Assembly (NCBI GenBank): GCA_000182565.2
Contig: KQ257460.1
Length of the DNA: 64,000 nucleotides
Source: Spizellomyces punctatus DAOM BR117
Lineage: Eukaryota
Strand: one strand, 5' to 3'
Below the pieces are notes generated by a model. The model searched no databases, had not been told where the DNA came from, and saw only the letters and a program-made list of their open reading frames with translations. The translations under genes were made by a program, and so were the position numbers. Position 1 is the stretch's first letter; the number at the start of each line of letters is the position of its first letter. Positions 13,001-26,917 of the stretch are shown piece by piece.

Positions 13001-16000
13001 ATCAAAGCTCGACGCAGCCAAATTCCTTAGTTGGATGGACAAATACCCTGATCAGTTGGTAGTATTGTCTATGCAAATTCTTTGGACGGACTCTGTTGAA
13101 AAATCTCTAGAAACGGCAAAGGAGGGGAAAAGCAAAGGAACCCATCCTCTAAACGATGCGCTGTCTCTTGTGGAAAATGGGTTAAATGTGCTAGCAGATC
13201 TGGTGTTGACGGACCTTGCGCCAATACGGAGGCGGAAGTGTGAGCATTTGATCACCGAACTAGTTCACCAGCGTGATGTTATCCGGCAATTGCTTCGCAG
13301 TCAGACGACATCTCCGGACGAATTTGAGTGGCTACAACAAATGCGCTTCTACTTTAAACAAGGGGTAGAAAATCCTCTCGAGCGGCTGTCCGTTAAGATG
13401 GCGAACGCAACTTTCAACTATGGATATGAGTACTTGGGTGTTACCGACCGTCTCGTGCAGACACCGTTAACCGATCGTTGTTACTTGACCTTGACCCAAG
13501 CCCTTAACTCCCGACTTGGAGGGAGTCCCTTCGGACCTGCTGGAACGGGAAAAACGGAGAGTGTAAAGGCTTTGGGTGTTCAACTGGGACGATTTGTTTT
13601 GGTGTTCTGCTGTGATGAGAACTTCGATTTTCAGGCGATGGGACGCATTTTCATTGGTTTGTGCCGGGTGGGAGCTTGGGGTTGTTTCGACGAGTTCAAT
13701 CGTCTGGAGGAGAGAATTCTCTCTGCAGTATCCCAACAAGTGCAGTCGATTCAACTTGGACTGAAAAACGGCCAGGAAATCGAGCTTGTCAACAAGCACT
13801 TCAAAGTGGACCCGAGCACGGGAATCTTCATTACCATGAACCCGGGCTACGCTGGTCGATCCAATCTGCCCGACAATTTGAAGAAGCTGTTCCGCAGCGT
13901 GGCCATGACCAAGCCCGATCGAGAACTGATTGCGCAGGTCATGCTATACTCGCAAGGTTTTCGATCAGCAGAATTGTTGGCTTCTAAGGTCGTCCCTCTT
14001 TTTGTTCTGTGCGATGAGCAGCTGTCACCGCAAAACCACTATGATTTCGGCTTGCGCTCATTGAAGAGTGTTCTTGTAAGCGCAGGAAACTTGAAAAGAG
14101 AGGTATTGCAGCAGCTAAGAGGAGAGACGAAACCAGAGGCTGCTGACAAAGACGTGAAGGAAGGCATATCCGATGAAGTGTCGGAGCAGAAGCTTCTTAT
14201 TCGCAGCGTCCGAGAGACAGTGATTCCTAAACTGGTGGCTGATGATATTGCCCTGCTTCAAAGGTATGATCAAAGGTTATTGGCCCTGACGCAGCATTGC
14301 TAATTCGAAGTCGTAATTTAGCCTTCTTGACGATGTGTTCCCTGGAGTTCAATACATACCTGTTGACCTAGAGATATTGAAGCGCGCCATCAAGGTGGCA
14401 TGCGACAAGCGGCGCCTTGTTGCTGATGGACTTTGGCTGGAAAAGGTGGTCCAATTGTATCAAATTCAAAGCATCCATCATGGTTTGATGATGGTAGGAC
14501 CTTCCGGATCAGGGAAAACGGCGGCCCATCAAGTGTTATTGGATGCATTAAGTCGCATAGAGGGCATTGAAGGGGTTTCGTACGTTATTGACCCCAAGGC
14601 AATGTCGAAAGAGGCCTTATACGGGCACATGGATCCCACTACTCGAGAATGGACCGACGGCTTGTTCACGCATATTCTGAGGAAGATCGTGGAGAATGTA
14701 CGGGGTGAAGGGTCAAAGCGACACTGGATTATATTCGACGGTGATGTTGATCCAGAATGGGTTGAAAATTTGAACTCGGTGCTTGACGACAATAAGCTCT
14801 TGACCCTGCCAAATGGCGAGCGGTTGAATCTGCCACCCAATGTCCGTATCATGTTTGAAGTGGAGGATCTGAAACAGGCAACGCTTGCGACAGTGAGTCG
14901 TTGTGGAATGGTGTGGTTCAGCAAAGAGACCGTGAGTCTTGATGTCGCCATCAACAACTATTTGGAGACTCTTCGCCATGTTGTCCTCAATGATGCGGAC
15001 GAAGACACTTCATCTATATTGACAGATGAGCGTAGCTCAGACCGATCACCCATGCTCGAGACCCAGCGTATTATTGCAGATATATTGGCACCACACATGA
15101 AGAATGGAGGACTGGTTATTCGAGCCATGGATTTCGTAGAGAAAGTCGAGCATATCATGGACTTCACCAAAATCAGAGCCTTTACAGCGCTCTGTACCCT
15201 ATTGAACAATGTTGTCAGAAAAGTATTGGACTACAATGCTTCGCATCCAGACTTTCCGATGAGTGTCAGCCTCATTGACACCTTTGTGACAAAGCGTCTT
15301 CTGCTGGCCGTCGTGTGGAGTTTCACTGGAGATTCAAAATTAGAGACAAGAGCCAAGCTTGGGGACTACCTCCGGAGCATCTCCACGTTAGAGTTTCCGG
15401 CAGGTGGAGTGTCCCTCATTGATTTTGATGTTAGCATAACCACCGGAGAATGGGTCGAGTGGCAATCAAAGGTGCCTACAATCGAGATAGAAACGCATAA
15501 TGTTGCGGCCGCTGATGTTGTTATTCCGACGATGGACACTGTTCGGCACGAAGAGGTGCTATACTCGTGGTTGTCTGAGCACAAGCCTCTCATTCTCTGT
15601 GGGCCGCCTGGTTCAGGAAAGGTACACCGTTCTTTTTTAGCTTCGATCATAGCAGTAAGCTGATCGTGCATCTTGACCTTTGACAGACCATGACATTGTT
15701 CTCGTCACTTCGAAAACTCCCTGAGATGGAGGTTGTCGGATTAAACTTCTCCAGTGCGACAACGCCAGAGTTGATCTTACAGACATTCGAGCAGTATTGC
15801 GAGTATCGTAAGACTCCGAATGGTATAATCTTATCACCACAAGCAATTGGGCGATGGCTTGTTCTCTTCTGTGATGAGATCAATCTTCCTGCAATGGATA
15901 AATATGGTACACAGCGTGTCATCTCTTTTATCCGCCAACTTGTTGAACACGGCGGCTTCTGGCGAAAGAGCGACAAAGCCTGGGTGCGACTGGAAAGGAT

Positions 16001-19000
16001 ACAATTTGTTGGAGCATGCAATCCTCCGACCGACCCTGGTCGTGTGCCATTATCACATCGATTCCTCCGGCATGCCCCCGTTATGATGGTTGATTACCCA
16101 GGCGAGGCGTCCTTGATGCAGATCTACGGCACATTCAGCAGAGCGATGCTGAAAGTCGTTCCATCCTTGCGTGGTTATGCTGAGCCTTTGACCGCAGCGA
16201 TGGTAGAGTTCTACCTTGCGTCTCAGGAAGAGTTCACACCCGATAAGCAACTTCATTATATCTATTCCCCCCGTGAACTGACCCGCTGGGTCCGCGGCAT
16301 ATTTGAGGCAATGAAGCCTTTGGAAAGTTTACCTGTAGAGGGGCTGGTGCGCATCTGGGCACATGAGGCGCTCCGGTTATTCCAAGATCGCTTGGTGTCC
16401 CAGAAAGAACGCCAATGGACAGATGAAATGATAGAAACCGTCGCATTAAAGCACTTCCCGGGCATCAATCGGGAGGCAGCGCTTGCGCGGCCAATTTTAT
16501 TTTCGAACTGGCTATCAAAATACTATGTACCAGTCCAACACGGCGAACTGCGGGACTTTGTCAAGGCCCGACTCAAGGTCTTCTACGAAGAGGAGTTGGA
16601 TGTGCCATTGGTCCTTTTCAACGATGTTCTTGAACACGTACTGCGTATCGATAGAGTTTATCGTCAAATGCAGGGACACCTTCTCCTCATTGGTATTAGT
16701 GGGGCGGGAAAGACCACGCTCTCTCGCTTTGTCGCCTGGATGAATGGCTTGAGTGTGTTCCAAATAAAGGTGCACAACAAGTATTCTGCGGCAGATTTCG
16801 ATGAAGATTTGAGAACCGTTTTGCGCAGGGCCGGGTGCAAAGGAGAGAAGATCTGTTTTATAATGGATGAGTCCAATGTGTTGGATTCTGGTTTCTTGGA
16901 GAAGATGAATACCCTTCTGGCGAATGCTGAAGTTCCAGGGTTGTTCGAGGGTGATGAGCACGCATCTCTCATGACCGCCTGTAAAGAGGGGGCACAGCGA
17001 GAGGGATTGATGCTCGACAGCACTGAAGAACTGTACAAGTGGTTCACACACCAGATCATGAAGAATCTACACGTGGTCTTTACTATGAATCCACCTCAAG
17101 ACGGGCTAGCGTCTCGAGCAGCAACGTCCCCTGCCCTGTTCAACCGTTGTGTACTGGACTGGTTCGGCGATTGGTCTGACCAAGCTTTCTTCCAAGTTGG
17201 AAGAGAGTTTACACAAGCATTGGACCTTGAAATGCCAGGGTACATTGCACCTATAGAGTTCCCGGTTGTTTATGAGGACCTTCCCATGCCTCCTACCTAT
17301 CGTGATGTGATCGTCAATGCGTTGGTTTTCATTCACAAGTCGTTACACGAGATCAACGAAAAACTTAACAAACGCCAAGGGCGCCTCAACCACGTCACCC
17401 CTCGACATTATCTGGATTTCATTAATCACTATGTCAAACTGTTCCACGAAAAGCGCGAGGATCTTGAGGAACGTCAGCGTCACCTCAACGTTGGTTTGGA
17501 TAAATTGCGAGAGACCGTTGTTAAGGTGGAAGAGCTTCGGAAGAGTCTGGCCATCAAGCGATCAGAGCTCGAGGCGAAGAACCACGAAGCCAACGAGAAA
17601 CTGAAGAAGATGGTTGCTGATCAGCAGGAGGCAGAGCAAAAGAAACAGGCGTCGCTGGAGATTCAGCAAGCTATTGCAGCACAGAATCAAGAGATAGAAG
17701 AGCGCAGGAAGGTTGTGTTGCAAGATCTTGCTGAAGCAGAACCGGCAGTGCTCCAGGCTCAGAACAGCGTCAGTAGCATCAAGAAGCAACATTTGCAGGA
17801 AGTGCGGACAATGAGCAACCCTCCGGAGGCTGTAAAAATGGCTATGGAATCTGTCTGCATGCTATTGGGCCATAAAGCCGACTCGTGGAAGACTGTTCAG
17901 TCCATTATCCGCAAAGACGATTTCATTCCGAGCATCGTTAATTATGATACTGATAAAATGAGCGCAAAGGTGCGAGAGGATGTGGTGAGTTCTTATCTTG
18001 CCAACCCGAAATATAATTTTGAGACGGTCAATCGCGCCAGTCAAGCATGTGGCCCTCTCGTACAATGGGTGATTGCTCAAGTGAAGTACGCGAGCATCCT
18101 CGAAAGAGTCGGACCGCTGCGTCAAGAGGTACAGCAATTGGAAGCGAGCGCCGAAGTGACCAAGACAAGGGCGGCGTCGATTGAAACCATGATAAGAGAC
18201 CTGGAGGAGAGTATCGGAAGATACAAAGAAGAATATGCTGTGCTTATCAGCGAAACACAGTCTCTGAAGACCGAGATGGAGACTGTCCAGACCCGAGTTG
18301 AGCGAAGTTTGCGACTGCTAGACAACCTAGCGTCGGAAAAGGAGCGATGGGAGTCAGGCAGTCGATCTTTTGAAGCACAAATGGCAACCATCGTCGGAGA
18401 TGTGCTTCTATCAGCAGCATTTATGGCATATGGAGGCTACTTCAGTCAGCAGTATCGAGAAACGCTGTTGCAGCGGTGGTCCGCACATCTTCGGAGTGCT
18501 GGCATTAAGTCTAAGCGCGAGCTTTCAATTCCAAACTACCTGTCTATCGCCGACGAACGTATCGCATGGCAAGCAAACTCGCTTCCAGCGGACAATCTCT
18601 GCACGGAAAACGCCATCATGCTTAAGCGCTATAACCGATACCCTCTCCTCATCGATCCATCCGGCCAAGCTACGGCTTTCCTTCTGAACGAATACAAAGA
18701 TCGTAAGATAACGGTGACCAGCTTTTTGGATGACTCGTTCCTGAAGGTCCTGGAGAGTGCACTGCGATTCGGAAATCCGCTACTAGTTCAGGATGTGGAA
18801 CATCTGGATCCCATTCTCAATCCCGTCCTTAACAGGGAACTGCGACGCACCGGTGGACGTGTTCTTATCCGATTAGGTGGTCAAGATATTGATTTTTCAC
18901 CATCTTTCACGCTATTTCTATCTACGCGAGACCCATCCGTGAATTTCCCTCCGGACTTATGCAGCCGAGTGACGTTTGTGAACTTTACGGTAACTCGTGA

Positions 19001-22000
19001 GAGCCTCCAGAGCCAGTGTCTCCATGAGGTTTTGAAGGCAGAGAGACCAGACACCGATCGCAAGCGCACAGATTTGCTCAAACTTCAAGGGGAATTCCAG
19101 CTGAGACTACGCCATCTTGAGCACTCGTTGCTTCAGGCGCTCAATGCGTCTAAAGGCAATATATTGGACGATGACACCGTGATCTCAACATTGGAAACCT
19201 TGAAGCAGGAAGCAGCGGAAGTGACGCGGAAGGTCGAAGAAACGGATATTATCATGCAGGAAGTCGAAAATGTAACGGCGGTGTATACACCGCTAGCAAA
19301 CTCTTGCAGCGCGATCTTCTTCATTATGGAACAGCTCAGTCTCCTGAACCGCTTTTACCAATTGTCTCTTGATTTCTTCCTGGAGATCTTCCAGTATATC
19401 CTGCACAACAATCCGAATCTGAAAGATATTCGGGATCCAGCTCAGCGGTTGCAGATTTTAGAACGGGACCTATTCCAGAATTCCTTCCGGCGAACATCTC
19501 GGGCATTGCTTCACGATGATCAGATTATCTTCGCGATTATGCTAGGACAAGTGAAGTTACGGGGGGCTGCCGAACAGATTGATGCGCGGGAATACGACTT
19601 CTTGATTGGAGGCGCCGGCGAAATTGCATCGGCGCAACCTTCGACAAAACTTGTCATTTCTTACGGCGAGGAGGTAGCGCGCCGCGTCGCAGAATGCAGC
19701 CGACTGACAGAATTCAGCAAGCTGCCATTGCACATGGAGACGAATGATAAGATATGGAAAGCATTTTTGGCCGAAAGGGAGCCTGAACTGAACGTCCCGA
19801 GCTGGTCTGAGGAACACGCCCGGCGAGGTAAAGATTCATCCAGTAATTGATGCATTTATTTCTCTATTTACTGAGTGCTGCTTTTGTAGCACCCATAATT
19901 ACGGCGTTTAATAATTTGATAATTGTAAAGTGCATGCGTCCTGACCGTCTCATACCTGCGGCTGCAGGTTTTGTCCAAGCAATTTTCGGCCCAACTTTCT
20001 TGAATGCAACGGATCTCAATTTGCGGTCAGTTGTTATGGAAGAGATGGTAAACCCGGCGCCTATAGCGCTTTGTTCCGTAGCCGGCCATGATGCGAGCTA
20101 TCGTGTAGAAAACTTTGCTGCTGAAATGTCTGCGCGCATGGCGTCGGTAGCCATGGGCTCGGCGGAAGGGTTTGCTCAAGCAGATGCGGCTATTGCCACC
20201 GCTGTGAAAAGTGGAACTTGGGTTCTTCTGAAGAACGTGCATCTGGCGCCGATATGGCTTGGCCAGTTGGAAAAAAGATTGCACAGTATGAAAGCCCACA
20301 ATCAATTTCGCCTGTTTCTAACGATGGAGACGAATCCAAAGGTTCCTGTGAACTTATTACGGATGTCCCGCATTCTGATGTTCGAGCCATTACCTGGTAT
20401 AAAGGCTAATCTATACGAATCGCTCAACGCTATTCCACCGACTCGAGTGAAGGCGCCCAGTGAACGAGCGAGACTACACTTCTTGCTTGGATGGCTGCAC
20501 GCGGTTGTGCAAGAGCGACTTCGGTATTCTCCTCTGGGGTGGTCAAAAGTGTATGAGTTCAATGACTCTGACCAAGACATGGCGCTTACCGTGATTGACC
20601 ATTGGATTGACACCGCCGCACAAGGTCGTGCTAATGTGCCGCCAGCAAAGATCCCATGGAAGGCTATTCGCACTTTGATTAAGGAAACTGTTTATGGAGG
20701 GAAGATCGACAATGAGTTTGATCAGTACTTGTTGAATAGCTTTGTCGATCGATTATTTACTCCAGCCAGTTATGATGTCAATTATCCCCTTGTCGAGGAA
20801 ATGGACGGGATCTCGAAATTGGCTATACCCGACGGCATACGTATGGAGCAGTTCTTGGAGTGGGTTGACAAGCTACCAGAACAGCAGCCGCCCACCTGGC
20901 TGGGGTTACCAGATAATGCAGAAATGATGCGAATGATTCTAAAAGGTATAGTCAAAACTCAGGGATGTGATCATCGACTAGACTGTTTCTCACTGCCCGA
21001 GTAACTAGGTGAACACATGCTGAGCAACGTCCGTAAATTGAGATATAGCGCCGAGGACGATGAGATGGCTTATATCGCTCCAACCCCCGGTACTGCTGGA
21101 AATGGGGCAGACCAATCGGGTCACCCCACTTGGATGCGCGGATTATCCGCGATGGTCACAGGATGGCTGGAGCTACTACCCGAGGTGAGTCTGCTAATCA
21201 TGGTTCCCCACAAGAAACCGAGATGTCTAAGTGTCATCATATGTAAATCATTTTTAGGCTCTACCATCGATGAGAACAGACGGCGATGTAACCAAAAGCC
21301 CTCTTTTCCGTTTCTTTGGGCGCGAGCAAGAAATTGCACAGGATCAATTAAGAGTTATTCGGGAAGATTTGCTAGATTTACAGAAGATGTGTACTGGCAA
21401 ACAGAAGCAAACGAATCGGTTGCGTTCTCTCTCCAATGCCATTTCAAAAGGTTGGGTCTTTTATCTTACTTCCCCTTCATACATCGATGGTACTAAGAGC
21501 ACTCATGTCGACAGGCAATATACCCCAACAATGGCTCACATACAAAGTTCCAAAGCGGCTTGCCCTGAATCAATGGATGCAGGACTTTAATCAGCGCCTC
21601 AAGCAGCTGAACGTGATCGCGAAAGCTGCCCGATATGATAATCTACAGATTTGGTTGGGCGGCTTCGCCATTCCCGAAGCGTTTATCACAGCCACCCGCC
21701 AGACGGTCGCGCATATCACAAAGTCCTCCTTGGAGGAACTAGAGCTTGATGTTTCTATCGGCTTTGACGAGAAGATCAGCTCGAATGCCGAACACACGGA
21801 TGGCTTTGCTTTGTCTGGTAAGCTCTTCATTTTGCTATTTTAAAGAAAATCTTATCAACTTGCTTACAAACTTGGAACATTCATCAAGGTATGCGATTGG
21901 AGGGTGCCGAGTGGATAGATGACGGTCTTGTGCTGTCCTCGGCGTTGCAGCCGCGACCAATACAGATGTTTATCCGATGGGTGAAGAGACGTGGAGACAA

Positions 22001-22148
22001 GACAGGGCGAGATGACGTTCTCCTGCCTGTGTATCTGAATGAGGAGAGGCAGGATATCCTGTTCACCGCTCAACTTCGATCAAAAGAGCCTAGCGATGCT
22101 TTAAAAATGATCCAACGCTGCGTGGCTATCCTGGCTACGACGTTCTGA
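7049..22148 (+). CDS. DYN1: Cytoplasmic dynein 1 heavy chain, multi-exon
   Basis: Tail motifs [22 protein letters not shown] and [17 protein letters not shown]. Four P-loops: [24 protein letters not shown] (intron-split) and GISGAGKT. Also stalk coiled coil, AAA5/AAA6 and a C-terminal cap ending [10 protein letters not shown]. Confidence 0.98.
8899..8998. other. Assembly gap (100 N) inside the dynein gene
   Basis: Run of exactly 100 N. Confidence 0.99.
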
Positions 22149-22688
22149 GACAAAGAAGAATATTTATGTTCTAACTGTGTGTAAATAGCTTAGATATAAG
22201 AGGTGCTGCTCATATCATGAATTTATTAACTTTGAAATAAATCTATATAATATTCAAATTTACTGGATGGTGGATGCATGGTCTGAACACCTTCGAGCCC
22301 TCCCGATCAGATGTACGTTGCGTATCACTCTCTGCAGTATTGTTTGTTACTCCATCCCGTGAACGACATGAATGATATGGCGTCTCCACTCACGAGAAAA
22401 ACCTCTCCTTCCGACGACTGTTTGTAACCGCCATGTTGCTCAGCTATTTCCGTAGTACTGTTACTTCTGATTCGGTGCCACATCTCAGTGCATCCAGGAA
22501 ACTGATACATATTCAAAGTCATGCATGAGCTTCGCTTATCGTTGTCTTGGATGTTCAGAATCCATTGATAAACATTCTTTAAAAAGAAATGGATCTGATC
22601 TGGCCATTGCTCGCGCGGTTAATAATAACGACGCTCCGGTGATGACATTGAGAAGTGCATGACCGCATAGGTTGTTCAACGCTATATT

Positions 22689-24445
22689 CTAAAGCAATAT
22701 TCTCTCATATTCTGTACGGCAAACGGGGCATGCATGAACATGTAGATTGTTATCGAATTTTTCCAAGCATTTGAGACACTATATAAAATGGGTCAGACGC
22801 TTGCTTGCTGGAAACTCCAAAAAGCAATCATGAATTTTACCTGAGCATGGAATATATGTGAGCAGCTCAGCAAAGTAAGTTGTTTAGCTGGTCGTTTACT
22901 CCCTGCCTTTGGTGCGGGACATAGAGGCATGATGCAAATCGCGCAATCATCTTCCAGTCCCCTCTCACAGGCGCGGGATGTGATCTCGTCCCATTCCTCC
23001 TGAGTAAGGCACGCCTTCACTTGAAGAGATGCAAACTTGGCTGAAGTTCTGTCCACAAATAAATCGACTTCATAGGAGTTCCTTTGAACAATAGCCGAGT
23101 ATATGCACCTACTCATTAATTGTTGTTCTGCTTTGAGCGAGCGTATTGTCCATTTCACGCAGAAAGCTTTGCAATTCCTGGCTTTCAAAGTGTACTTGTT
23201 GCGCTAAGATATCCGTGTAGTCCGAGAGCTGTGACACGATGAATGTAATATCAGGGCTTACACATCCTATAAGGTATGCTTCGACTTCCCAAAACTTCAA
23301 TTGTTTCGTACCCGTTCCATATGCCAGCTCGAGAGAAGACGTCGGTCATTCGGCGGATGATTCTTTCGGTAAGTTTGATAACGTCTCCTCTTAACCCACA
23401 TTCTCCATGTTTTTTGAATTCTGAGTAATGATCCTAGTAAGTGCGAAAGTGTCGCATGCTCCTCTCCGACGTGACCTACATGGTTGCTGCTGTGTGCAGG
23501 TACTGTAGAGATAATCATAAGCTTTGTTTGTGACCAATTTTCAGGTGCAAAATAGTAGCCTACCCTCTTCTTGCCTTCAAATATAAGCCTCTTTTCATAA
23601 TTGGCTTCGCGACAGAGGGGGCAAGATTTCTTCTGGACATACCGTTCATACGAATCCAAACATGCGCGATGGAAAAGATGCGAGCAAGAGAGAAGGACCT
23701 TTAATAACATTGGGAATTAGCAAATGTAAAAAATCAACTACTGGCTTGTAGTACCTATTCGCACCTGGTGCTCCGTCGTAAAAGGTTCTTGACAGATTGG
23801 ACAGGGATCCACACCATTATCTCGTTTCAAGGACAAGTCCTTGACGATCTCCCACTCGTCGGAGGTCAGTCGAGGCGGTGGTCTGGCAACAATACCAAGG
23901 CGCTGGGCAAGCGTAAGGGGTTTTGCTGGTGGATCCAGTGAAGCTTCCTTTTCGTCGTTGAATTGGGCGCCTCTGCATGCGAGAGGAGCATGTTGTAGAG
24001 GATCCAGCAATGTTTTCCCTGGAGATTTCCTCCGGTTGGCAATATCTTTCTCACGTTCCCATTTTGCGCGCTGACGCTTACGGGGGTCCAAGCATGGCTT
24101 TGCCAGAACTGTGCTTAACCGACCGTTGCCAGAAACAAATGGCGCACTCTGACGACTGATTACAGCATTGGATGGGACAGTCACACGATGTAAACTTAAT
24201 GAGCGTGCAAAATGATCTTGAAGGGCAGCACTATACAGCGAGCTTCCTGCCCATGCGTTGCCGATCTTGGATCGGCGCTGAAACGATATGAGAGGTGGTC
24301 GCCTATCCTGGGGAAGCGACTCCACTATGCGTCGGTCATCAATGAGTGCCCGCCGCAATCTCTCAGCTGCCGGTGCCAGGGGTGGTAAATTATTGCTTTG
24401 AACATTGGGCTCATTGCGGGTTGCATGGAACGCCGGCACGGACAT
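22689..24445 (-). CDS. RNF32: RNF32-like protein: two RING-H2 fingers flanking an IQ motif
   Basis: LTLAQRLGIV..P..LTSDEW, then RING1 CPICQEPF..LLSCSHLFHRACLDSYERY..KSCPLCR, IQ motif IQKTWRMWVKRRRY, and RING2 CAICIMPL..LSCSHIFHAQ/CLKCLEKF..ACPVCR. Stop at 22689. Confidence 0.85.
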
Positions 24446-25059
24446 CGATCGTTGGCTGGAATATCAATTGGAGGAGGGTGAGGGCTGGCGGCTTACGTTG
24501 ACAAAGACATGTTGGATGCTGTGCCACACACGCGATCAACTTCTTGGAGGAGGTTTGCACTAGCAAGTAAGTGATATTGTTTTTAAGTTTGTGGGGGACA
24601 GCTTATGGAGTAATGCGCTCGTTTTCAGTGCCACAAGGCGTCGTGCTCAGTCTTTCCCCTCCCTAGACATTGCCTCCGCGCACTTCGGGTTCCGTTTATT
24701 GAGCGCATGGGCATGCAGCCATTTCATTGGATTCAACGTCATACCTCCTACTTCCTGTAGAGCTCTTCTGCACTCGAGCGCAGATCCTAAAACACATTCG
24801 TGGTAGTGGGTAATGCGCCGATATTAAGAATGGGACACAGTCCAAGCCATGGACTGTTTGTTCTAGTACAACTTCAACTACGATCATGTTTGATGCGTCA
24901 GTCAAGTGAAAAAGTTCGGTACAAATTGAATTAAAGTACACGAGCACTATTTGCTCAATGACAGTACATATTATCATACATGAATCGTCATCCGTCTTGG
25001 TACAGTAAAAGAGTGGTAACTACTCTGTTATTGTGACCCATGAACTGGATGCGTATTGA

Positions 25060-26569
25060 TTAGGTTGTTGGCAATGTCAACTTGTTTTCAATTGCCAACT
25101 TCGCGCAACGTTTTCTGATAGCGTGAGGAGCCCGTCGCAGCAGCAACCCCAGCTCGGTATATTTTAACCCAAGTTGGGCGACAGATTCTATCAATTCCTG
25201 ATCATCTTGCGCGGTCCACGGTAGTTTTCCCTTCCTGAACCGTGGTTCTATGATCAACCATCGTTCATGTAAATCTTTTGATGTTCGATTGGGAAAGAAT
25301 TCCCTTGCAATGAAGGCCCAGTGCCGGCCATGGTCATCTATGGCGTTCAGCAATTGGGCGTCGTCAGCCGAGGTCCACAATGCAGGGTACTTCACTCGAT
25401 GTATGGAGGAATAATAATGAGTTCGTACGGCTTCAGTAGTGCGGTTCGGAAGAAACTCCCTCCTGATTTTTGGAAAGTTGTCACCCCACTTCTCGAGTCC
25501 CTTGATAAACTTCTCGTGCTCCGCCTGAGACCATCTCCCTCGACTCAGCGTAGGAGTTATTTTTTTCCATCGTGCACAAATCTGCGCCGGTGTCCGCCTG
25601 GGGAGAAGATCCTGCGAAATACGAATCCAGACCCTTCCTGTTTGCACGTAGCGGTCATAGCCCTTCAACACGAGTTCATCTTCTTCATTTGACCATGCTC
25701 TCTTCTTCATTCCATCCGGAATGCACAAAACTCTCCACCAACGCGCGAAGACCTCCTTCACAGATCTACCCGGAAAGTCACGGACTATAATATGCCATTT
25801 GTTTCCATAGTCGTAATAGGCCCGTCGCAATCGGGCATCCTCCTCTGCAGTGAAAGGGGTAAGACGGCGATAGGTTCCTTTTTGATTGGGTGTTTCAGAA
25901 AGCACTTTTATCGCTTTCTTGGTGGCCTGTACTAATTTTTCTTGCTTAGATCCAGGCCTCGCACCTTCTGCATCGTTATTCACCGCAGACACTAGCTCAG
26001 GCTTCCACCGATATCTATACCGGTTATGGATCTGTCCAGTGTGACGTACTTCGAGTTTTTTCGATGCAGCCGCGAAAGCGTCAAGCGTATTTGTTTGAAG
26101 TTCGTTGAGAATGACAGTGTCCTCTTCGCTATCCCATCTGCCGTACTTCCGCGCTGTTTTCAACGAGCGAACCCATCGCTGCTTAATCTGCGGCTTCGTA
26201 CGGTGAGGTAATGTTTGTTGAATTCTTGTCCAATCTTCACCCCATAATTTTAAGCCCTCTAGTAGTTTATTGTCATCTTCGGATGTCCATAGTCGTTTTC
26301 GTTTCGCAACAAAGAGTGTGGCAATGTCGTCTACCGTGGCCGAAGCATACGATGTTTTGGATGTTCCTTCTCCTTCTCTGATTGATGACTCAGTATGTAA
26401 AAGCCTTTCGTGTGGTCCTTCAGCGTGCATAAACAAAATACATAAAATGTTCGTCTCTGTCTCCGCGTAAAGTACCATGTACTGTACCTTCTAATGTCCA
26501 CAAATACCGGAAAGACGGAAAGCTATCTCCGCGCAGTGCGGTACTAAGACAGCGCAAGAATCTGCTCAT
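25060..26569 (-). CDS. Protein with seven tandem Myb/SANT repeats and a predicted mitochondrial-type N-terminus
   Basis: Seven W/F-[TSD]xxED...W...R repeats in ORF 25060-26478. Upstream exon 26569-26488 joins in frame through a GT-AG intron at 26487-26418. Confidence 0.85.
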
Positions 26570-26917
26570 AGGATTGGCTACAAATTGCGCTGGAGCATTG
26601 ATGGCGGAAAGCGTAGCGCAGAAGTGGTCACTTCAGAAAGATTACGTAAACAACTGGTACTGTAACTCACGCGCTGTGGCTCTCATCTGCATTGGAGATG
26701 ACTGGCCTTGTAATAATCACATCTATAGCAAAGCGGATGGATTTACCCACTTTCGACACTGTAGCTTTTTTATTCAAGCCTTGCCAGAGAAAGGCAGAGA
26801 ACGTACTGTTAAAACACAGATATGACCTCGGTCGAAGGAAAATGGACACGATCCAAAATAGTATCTACATGTTGCTTCAAAGTGCACGCATAAACTATAC
26901 AGCAGTGGCGACCCTGT

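Noticed and set aside
24497-24508. GTTGACAAAGAC upstream of RNF32 as an RFX X-box
   Set aside because: Spacing and second half-site do not fit the consensus well.
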